Assembly: GCA_041690135.1 (NCBI GenBank)
Contig: JAWLHY010000001.1
Coordinates: 1,088,001 to 1,152,000 of the forward strand
Reading direction: 5' to 3'
DNA length: 64,000 nucleotides
DNA from: Armatimonadota bacterium
GTDB lineage: Bacteria > Armatimonadota > SYMT01
Below, one piece after another: positions 57,722-64,000 of this stretch; position 1 is the first letter of the stretch, and each line of letters starts with the position of its first letter. Both the position numbers and the translations under genes were made by a program. The notes under the pieces are model-generated. The model was not told where the DNA came from, ran no database searches, and saw only the letters and a program-made list of their open reading frames with translations.

Positions 57722-58053
57722 TCCTTGACTCCCAAATCCCTCGTGAAGATGGGATCCCGAGTGGAAACCCAGCCCTCCACGGAAGGCGTTGTTTACTTGC
57801 CTCTTCGGGGAGTTAGTTGGGGTGGGACCGGACCGCGCTTTCGCCCGGCCCTTCCTTCCGGATGGCCCCACCCCACCCCCCGTGGCTTGTACCCGTTGCC
57901 GGTTCTTTGCCAAACAAGAGGGGCAGGGTGAGAGGTGCGAGGTGGGAATTGGGGGTACGAGAGGCGCGGTGGGAAGTGCGAGATGGGAGTTGCGAAGGGC
58001 GAGGGGGAAGCGAGTATGCGTCAGTTCAGGGCAGTTGCGCCTTGGAAGTGAGG

Positions 58054-58728
58054 TTAGCCGTTGAACCGGTAGCCGACGTTCCGGATGGTCTCGACCATGT
58101 CCTCGTACTCGGCGCCCAGCTTGGCGCGGATGCGGCGGATATGCACGTCCACCGTGCGGATGCCCCCGTAGTAATCGTAGCCCCACACCTGGTTCAGGAG
58201 CGCCTCGCGGGTGAAGACCCGCCCGCGGTGCGCTACCAGGAAGCGGAGCAACTCATACTCTTTGAAAGTGAGGTTGAGACTGCTTCCGCGGATGGCGACC
58301 GAGTAGTTCGCCTGATCGATGACGAGATCTCCGGCGTAGATGAGGTCCTCGCTGCCCACGCGGTGCGACTTCCAGAGCTGCAGCCTTACCCGAGCCAGGA
58401 GTTCGTGGGCGCTGGAAGGGAGCACCAGGAAGTCGTCGATGCCGCAGGAAGGATCGAGACGACCCGCGACTTCTTCCGTAATCAGCCACAGGAGGCAGCA
58501 GTCGTGGTTCGGACACTCCACCTCCAGGATCTCGCGCAGCTCCTTGGGCGTGAGGCGGACGGAAGTGCCGTCCAGGATGAACACGTCCGCCGGGCGAGGC
58601 GAAAACGATTGCAGGAGCGGCTCGCGCGCGGCGGCAGTGCACTGGACCGGATACCCCGCCCGGAGCAGCTCTTGCTGCCAGGGCGCGGCCGTTTTGGGGT
58701 TATCCGTAATGATCAGGATCCGCTGCAT
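58054..58728 (-). CDS. OmpR-family regulator, GlnR-like (atypical receiver)
   Basis: wHTH LTFKEYELL...GRVFTR...VWGYDYYGGIRTVDVHIRRIRAKLG...TIRNVGYRF. The receiver lacks the canonical DD and KPF motifs. Confidence 0.85.
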   Translation of the reverse strand: MQRILIITDNPKTAAPWQQELLRAGYPVQCTAAAREPLLQSFSPRPADVFILDGTSVRLTPKELREILEVECPNHDCCLLWLITEEVAGRLDPSCGIDDFLVLPSSAHELLARVRLQLWKSHRVGSEDLIYAGDLVIDQANYSVAIRGSSLNLTFKEYELLRFLVAHRGRVFTREALLNQVWGYDYYGGIRTVDVHIRRIRAKLGAEYEDMVETIRNVGYRFNG

Positions 58729-58785
58729 GGAAACCCATCCTGCTCCCGTTGCGGTGAAGCCCGAGCGGGAGTGTGTAGTGCGGCG

Positions 58786-60120
58786 CTAGAGAATCGGAAG
58801 GTACTGGTCGAGCTCGAAATCGGTGACCTGCGCGCGGTAGCGGTTCCACTCGAGCTGCTTGTTCTCGAGCAGCTTATGGAAGACGTGCTCTCCCAGGGTT
58901 CGTCGCATGAGCTCACTCTTCTCCGCGCAGCGGATGGCGGCGTGGAGATCTTCGGGAAGGCTCTCGATGCCCTTCGCGGCCAGCTCCCCTGGGCTCAGTT
59001 CGGCGGCGTCGTATTCCGCGGCCGGCGAAAGTTCATACTCCTTCTCGATGCCATCCAGCCCGGCGCTGAGAATGCATGCGAACGCCAGGTAGGGATTGCA
59101 GGCCGGATCGGGAGACCGGAGCTCGACTCGGAAGGAGTCCTCGCGACCCGCCTGGATGGCGGGGATCCGGATCAGGTCCGACCGGTTCTGCCGAGCCCAG
59201 GAAACGAACACGGGGGCCTCGTAGCCCGGGACCAGTCGCTTGTAGGAGTTGACCCACTGGTTCAGCACCAGGGTGATTTCCGGCGCATGGGCCAGGAGAC
59301 CGGCGATATAGTGCCGGGCCGTCTTGGAGAGGTGGTCCGGGGCCTCCCCATCGTAGAGCAGGTTGCGACTGCCCTGGAACAGCGAAGTGTTGATATGCAT
59401 GCCGCTGCCGTTCTGGTTCTGGAGCGGTTTCGGCATGAAAGTGGCGTAGACGCCGTACTTCTGTGCTAGCTCCTTCACTACCAGGCGGAACGACATCACG
59501 TTGTCCGCCATCGTGAGCGCATCCGCGTAGCGGAGATCGATCTCGTGCTGGCTGTGGGCGACCTCGTGATGGCTGAAGTCGACGTCGATCCCCATTTCCT
59601 CGAGCGTCAGGATCGTATCCCGGCGGATGTCGGTAGCCACGTCCTGCGGAGTGAGGTCGAAGTAGCCGCCCTCGTCCAACGTCTCCGGCTTTCCGCGACC
59701 GCTCCGGAAGTAAAAGAACTCCAACTCGGGGCCCACGTAGAACGTGTAGCCCATGGAAGCTGCCCGCTCGAGGGTCCGCCGCAGTACCCAGCGCGGGTCC
59801 CCTTCGTAAGGGGTGCCATCCGGCTTGACGATGTCGCAGAACATCGCAGCCACGGCGGCCTGCTTGTCGTTCCTCCAGGGCAACAACTGGAAAGTCGAGG
59901 GGTCCGGCAGCGCGCGCATGTCGCTCTCTTCGCGCCGGGCGAATCCCTGGATGGAAGAGCCGTCGAAGCTGACGCCGGCTTCCAGCGCATCCTCGAGCTG
60001 GGCGATGGTGACCGCCACGCTCTTGAGAAAGCCCAGGATGTCCGTGAACCAGAGGCGGATGAACTTGACGTTGTGGTCCCGTGCCCGCTTCAGCACGTAT
60101 TCGATATCGCTGCCCTGCAT
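58786..60120 (-). CDS. glnA: type I glutamine synthetase
   Basis: FDGSSI, GPELEFF, HHEVA..QHEI, TFMPKP, NGSGMH, NSYKRLVPGYEAP and ELRSPD motifs. Confidence 0.98.
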   Translation of the reverse strand: MQGSDIEYVLKRARDHNVKFIRLWFTDILGFLKSVAVTIAQLEDALEAGVSFDGSSIQGFARREESDMRALPDPSTFQLLPWRNDKQAAVAAMFCDIVKPDGTPYEGDPRWVLRRTLERAASMGYTFYVGPELEFFYFRSGRGKPETLDEGGYFDLTPQDVATDIRRDTILTLEEMGIDVDFSHHEVAHSQHEIDLRYADALTMADNVMSFRLVVKELAQKYGVYATFMPKPLQNQNGSGMHINTSLFQGSRNLLYDGEAPDHLSKTARHYIAGLLAHAPEITLVLNQWVNSYKRLVPGYEAPVFVSWARQNRSDLIRIPAIQAGREDSFRVELRSPDPACNPYLAFACILSAGLDGIEKEYELSPAAEYDAAELSPGELAAKGIESLPEDLHAAIRCAEKSELMRRTLGEHVFHKLLENKQLEWNRYRAQVTDFELDQYLPIL

Positions 60121-60549
60121 CGTATTACCACCCTAATTCCAGGCCGCGTCGCCGGGATCCGGGCCCCTCCGGTCCAACAGGCGCCGCAACGGAAGCCTTA
60201 CTCCCGGCCGGTGCCCGCCTCCGTAATTGGCTTCCCCTTCCAACCGCGCGGCCAAGAAATCTGCGCATTCGGAAAGAGGAACCGGCTCAGTATGAAAAGG
60301 GAACGCCTAAAGATTAAAGACGTGGGCCTTATATCGCGGCGTGTTGATGTCGGACAACCGCGGCGGGGCCGGTGACGGTTGACAGGCCCCGTGGAAGTCG
60401 GTTATCCTCTCGCCGCCGCGGAAACATCCCTCCCGATCGAGCTTTCTCGTCCGTTTAGGCCAACCCGGATGCCGTGCGTACGGGTGCCTTCCGGCAGTGC
60501 CGGCCCATGGCTGATAGAAGGCCGAGAACGTGCCAATCTGGCCCACCAC

Positions 60550-60578
60550 CGGACAGTCGCACGGAGTTAAGCTATAAT
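60550..60578 (+). promoter_or_regulatory. probable sigma70 promoter for rlpA
   Basis: CGGACA-N17-TATAAT. A second candidate, TTGACA-N18-TATCCT, lies at 60379-60408. Confidence 0.5.
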
Positions 60579-60720
60579 CGTCGGCGGACCGGATGGAATC
60601 GGACAGGACTTTTCCCTTCCGCATTCCGCCGTTCCGGGCACAGTCACCCCCAGGGTGGCGGTGGCACCAGCAATACGGTCCGAGGGCCGAGACCCCTACC
60701 GCAGGAAGGAGGCAACCCCT

Positions 60721-61266
60721 ATGCGTAAAGGCTCGACACCACTCGGGAGTTTGGGTATGGTCCCCGCGGGGACGTGGTCACTCATTCTTCCTTTAGCTGC
60801 GTATCTCGCCGGCAACGTCGTCGTATCGGCGCCGGTAGCCGCAGCACCCAAGGCGTCCAGCAAAGCGTCGCTGACTTCATCGCAGCGGGAGGCGCTCCAG
60901 AGACGTCAGAAGTGGCTTCGCTCGTCCGAGCGGTTGAAAACCGCCGCGAAAGCCACCGAGCCGAAGGCTAAGAAGGTCATCCACACCCGTGCCACCTGGT
61001 ACGGCCCCGGCTTCCACGGACGCCGGACGGCCTCGGGAGAACGATTCAACCGGCACGCCATGACTCTCGCCAGTCGCCATCTGCCCATGGGCACCCGCGT
61101 ACGGGTCGTCAATCCCAAAACGGGTCGCTCCGCCATTGCTCGCGTCAACGACCGCGGACCGTTTGGGCTCCGCGGGGTTACCGTAGACCTGAGCCAGGGC
61201 TTGGCGCGGAAGATCGGGTTGGGCGGAACCGGCCCAGTAAAAATCGAAGTGCTGGCGAAGCGCTAG
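60721..61266 (+). CDS. rlpA: RlpA-family (DPBB) lytic transglycosylase-like protein
   Basis: AGGAGG RBS, signal-like N-terminus, ATWYGPGFHGRRTASGE, LPMGTRVRV, RVNDRGP and VDLS motifs. Confidence 0.9.
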   Translation: MRKGSTPLGSLGMVPAGTWSLILPLAAYLAGNVVVSAPVAAAPKASSKASLTSSQREALQRRQKWLRSSERLKTAAKATEPKAKKVIHTRATWYGPGFHGRRTASGERFNRHAMTLASRHLPMGTRVRVVNPKTGRSAIARVNDRGPFGLRGVTVDLSQGLARKIGLGGTGPVKIEVLAKR

Positions 61267-61428
61267 GACGCGCAGCAGCGCCGGAGCACGGAACACACTA
61301 CTCAGGGAACACACCGCAACCGAGAGGCCGGGCGTACACCGCGTACGCCCGGCCTCTCGACGTACGGGCTCTTCCACGATTGACGCCCCCCTACCCCGTT
61401 GTTAAGATGTCCCGAGGAGCAAACCCCG

Positions 61429-62841
61429 GTGAGTGACAATCCCCAGGCCCTGCTGCGCCAGATCCCCAAGATCGATCGGATCCTGCTTGATCCCGAGTTG
61501 ACCGCACTTGCCGAGCGCTGCGGCCAAGGTCTGGTCACGCGCAGCGCGCGGGAAGCGGCAGAGGCCTTGCGCTCCGCCCTGCTTGAGGGCCGATACGCCC
61601 CCCATTCCGGAAACGGCGACCTTCTGGCGATGCTCCGGGCGGACGTGGTCCGCCGGGTGGAGCGGGCCAGCCGTCCGACCTTACGACGCGCCATCAATGC
61701 CACCGGCGTGGTGCTCCACACCGGACTGGGACGGGCGGTGCTCTCGGAGGTCGCGGCCCAGGCGGTTCACGAGGCAGCTCGCAGCCATTCCCTGCTGGAA
61801 GTCGACGCCGAAACCGGGGAACGTGGCAGTCGCCTCCAGCACATTGCCGCACTCGTGCGCGAGTTGACGGGGGCCGAGGATGCGCTCATCGTCAACAATA
61901 ATGCCGCCGCCGTCTTCTTGGCGATCAGCGCCCTCGCCGCCGGCAAGGAAGTGGTAATCGCCCGCGGTCAACTGGTGGAGATCGGCGGCTCCTTCCGTAT
62001 TCCCGATGTGATCCGCTCGGCCGGGGCCCGGCTGGTGGAAGTCGGCACCACGAATAAGGTCCGACTCTCCGACTACGCCGACGCGGTCACTCCGGATACT
62101 GCCCTGCTGCTGCGGGTTCATCCCAGCAACTTCCGGATCGTGGGCTTCACGGAGGAGCCCGCCCTGGAAGAGATGACGGCCCTGGGGCGCGAGCTCGGAA
62201 TCCCGGTGATGGACGATCTGGGTAGCGGCGCGTTGATCGATCTCTCCCGTTATGGGCTGGTGGCCGAGCCCACCGTGCACGCCAGCGTGGCGGCCCAGGC
62301 CGAAGTGGTCACGTTCAGCGGCGACAAGCTCCTCGGTGGAACGCAGGCGGGGTTGGTGATCGGCCGGAAAGACTTCCTCACCCGGATGAAGCGGCATCCC
62401 TTAATGCGGGTACTGCGGGTGGACAAGCTGACCCTGGCCGGCATGGAAGCCACCCTGCGGATGTACCGGGATGAGGCCACTGCCCTGCGGGAGAACCCCA
62501 CCCTGGCCGCCCTGACCGCGCACCGCGACGACCTCCGGGCCCGTGCGGAAGCCCTGGCGGCGCACCTGCAGGGTTGTGAGGCGGAGGTTGTGCTGGAGAG
62601 TGGAATCTCGCAGGTCGGGGGCGGCTCCCTTCCCGGCGAAGAGCTCCCCACCACCCTCGTCTCCCTGTCGCCGCACACGCTTTCCGCCGCGGAGTTGTCG
62701 CGCCGGCTGCGCGTCGGCGATCCCAGCATCTGGGGGCGGGTCCAGCGGGAGCGTTTCCTTCTCGATTTGCGGACCGTGCGTCCGGATGAAATCACGGAGC
62801 TGGCTACGGGAATCCGTTCCGCCCTGGCGGGCAGCAGTTAG
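61429..62841 (+). CDS. selA: L-seryl-tRNA(Sec) selenium transferase
   Basis: INATGVVLHTGLGRA, VNNNAAAV, LVEIGGSFRIP, EVGTTN, DLGSG and FSGDKLLGG motifs. GTG start after GAGGAG. Confidence 0.97.
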   Translation: MSDNPQALLRQIPKIDRILLDPELTALAERCGQGLVTRSAREAAEALRSALLEGRYAPHSGNGDLLAMLRADVVRRVERASRPTLRRAINATGVVLHTGLGRAVLSEVAAQAVHEAARSHSLLEVDAETGERGSRLQHIAALVRELTGAEDALIVNNNAAAVFLAISALAAGKEVVIARGQLVEIGGSFRIPDVIRSAGARLVEVGTTNKVRLSDYADAVTPDTALLLRVHPSNFRIVGFTEEPALEEMTALGRELGIPVMDDLGSGALIDLSRYGLVAEPTVHASVAAQAEVVTFSGDKLLGGTQAGLVIGRKDFLTRMKRHPLMRVLRVDKLTLAGMEATLRMYRDEATALRENPTLAALTAHRDDLRARAEALAAHLQGCEAEVVLESGISQVGGGSLPGEELPTTLVSLSPHTLSAAELSRRLRVGDPSIWGRVQRERFLLDLRTVRPDEITELATGIRSALAGSS

Positions 62842-62867
62842 CTCACTTCCACTGATGAGGACAGGCC

Positions 62868-63908
62868 ATGTCGATTCGACTGACCGATACGGTCAAGTGC
62901 GGCGGTTGAGCATCTAAAGCGTCCGCACAGGACCTGGCGCAGGTGCTGCGTCAATTGCCGAAACATGTCAGTGATAAGATCCTCGTCGGGCTCGAAACCC
63001 CCGACGATGCCGGCGTGTACCGGCTGAGCGACCAGCACGCGCTGATCCAGACGCTCGACTTCTTCACGCCCATCGTGGACGACCCCTACGATTACGGCCA
63101 GATCGCGGCGGCCAACTCGCTTTCGGACGTGTATGCCATGGGCGGCGTGCCCCTCACGGCGATGAACATCGTCTGCTTCCCCATGGAGGCCTGTCCGCAG
63201 GAGTGGCTGGTGGAGATCCTGCGCGGCGGCCTGGACAAGGTGACCGAAAGCGGCGCCCTGCTGCTGGGCGGGCATACGGTCAACGATGAAACGATCAAGT
63301 TCGGCTTGAGCGTGACCGGCCTCGCCCACCCCACCGAGATCGTGGCCACGAAGGGAGCCCGGCCGGGAGACGTCCTGGTGCTGACCAAGTACGTAGGAAG
63401 CGGCCTGGTAACAACGGCGCTCAAGAGGCAAACTGCGTCGGCGGAGGACGTTGAAGCGGCCGTGCGGTCCATGAAGACCCTCAACGCCGCGGCGGCCCGC
63501 GCTATGGCGAAAACCGGAGTGCACGCGGCCACCGATATCACCGGCTTTGGCTTCTTCGGTCACCTCTTCGAAATGCTGGATCAAAGCGGGGTCTCGGCGG
63601 AGATCGAAACGGGGAGCATTCCCTTCCTTCCCGGCGCATTGGACTACGCTCGCGACGGGGTTAACACGGGCGGCGGAAGAGCCAATGCAGCCTTCCTGGG
63701 GGATCGGGTCCGGTTCGATGTGGGAATTCCGGAAGAAGTGCGGATCGCCTGTTTCGACCCGCAGACCTCAGGCGGCCTCCTCATCGCTGTCGCCCCCGAG
63801 CGCGAAGCCGAGCTTCTCGACCGCCTGGAAGAGGAAGGCGCACCCGTGCGAGCGGTCGTGGGACGGGTGGTGGAGGGGCCAGCCGGCACGATCTTGGGCG
63901 TCGATTAG
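62868..63908 (+). CDS. selD: selenide, water dikinase; selenoprotein with in-frame UGA at 62907-62909
   Basis: MSIRLTDTVKCGG-U-ASK reads in frame into DDAGVY, TLDFFTP, ANSLSDVYAMGG, GGHT, TDITGFG and DPQTSGGLL. Confidence 0.95.
62910..62940 (+). promoter_or_regulatory. candidate bacterial SECIS element
   Basis: Hairpin GTCC-GCACA-GGAC starts after an 11-nt spacer downstream of the UGA, with G as the first apical-loop base. Confidence 0.6.
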
Positions 63909-63970
63909 GGGCCGTTACGGGTACGGCCCCGGTGGGGGCTAAAGTTTGGCCGGACGGGATCTGGATTGCA

Positions 63971-64000
63971 GGTTGGAAGGTTGAAGGTTGAAGGTTGAAG
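63971..64000 (+). repeat. GGTTG(G)AA 7/8-mer tandem repeat, truncated by the window edge
   Basis: ggttggaa-ggttgaa-ggttgaa-ggttgaa is the reverse complement of the run at 49269-49300. Confidence 0.8.

Noticed and set aside
60121-60300. Glutamine (glnA) riboswitch upstream of glnA
   Set aside because: A GGGAGTAAGG segment inside a stem is suggestive, but the partner GAA strand of the E-loop and the CGUU/AACG-type P1 are missing.
60582-60720. Assignment of the rlpA leader to the c-di-AMP or c-di-GMP riboswitch classes
   Set aside because: The hallmark segments (GCCGAAUCC...CAGCUAAC; GGCAAACC...ACGCAAA) are absent. Kept only as an unnamed candidate.
61267-64000. tRNA-Sec (selC) or selB near selA/selD; any tRNA or rRNA in the window
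   Set aside because: I recognised no cloverleaf or rRNA-like sequence in the intergenic gaps. These genes may lie outside the window.

Overview
High-GC bacterial chromosomal segment, probably Armatimonadota. That assignment is an inference from the paired '[25 protein letters not shown]' DUF1559/H-X9-DG prepilin-like genes and a PEP-CTERM protein. The standout is a ~16-kb, 13-gene, minus-strand operon (18680->2704) encoding a headless contractile phage-tail machine: sheath, tube, hub/spike, PAAR-like tip, gp25, baseplate-J, an enlarged wedge and a fibre-like protein. I see no capsid, terminase, integrase, lysis, T6SS membrane-complex or Afp15-type ATPase genes. In the tape-measure slot are a 91-aa protein with only the tape-measure C-terminal 'HEGE' motif and a 1286-aa protein with a hydrophobic helical core and a C-terminal PD-(D/E)xK nuclease-like tip. 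This looks like a non-canonical contractile injection system (CIS) with its own cargo toxin. The rest of the window holds signalling, metabolic and surface genes, including a hybrid kinase, P450, M32 peptidase, radical SAM, pgeF, galU, thrB, ubiX, glnA with a GlnR-like regulator, rlpA, selA and a UGA-recoded selD. It also has a mannonate-dehydratase deletion scar, REP-like and short tandem repeats, and candidate cis-regulatory elements. All family calls come from motif recognition by eye; no database searches were run.
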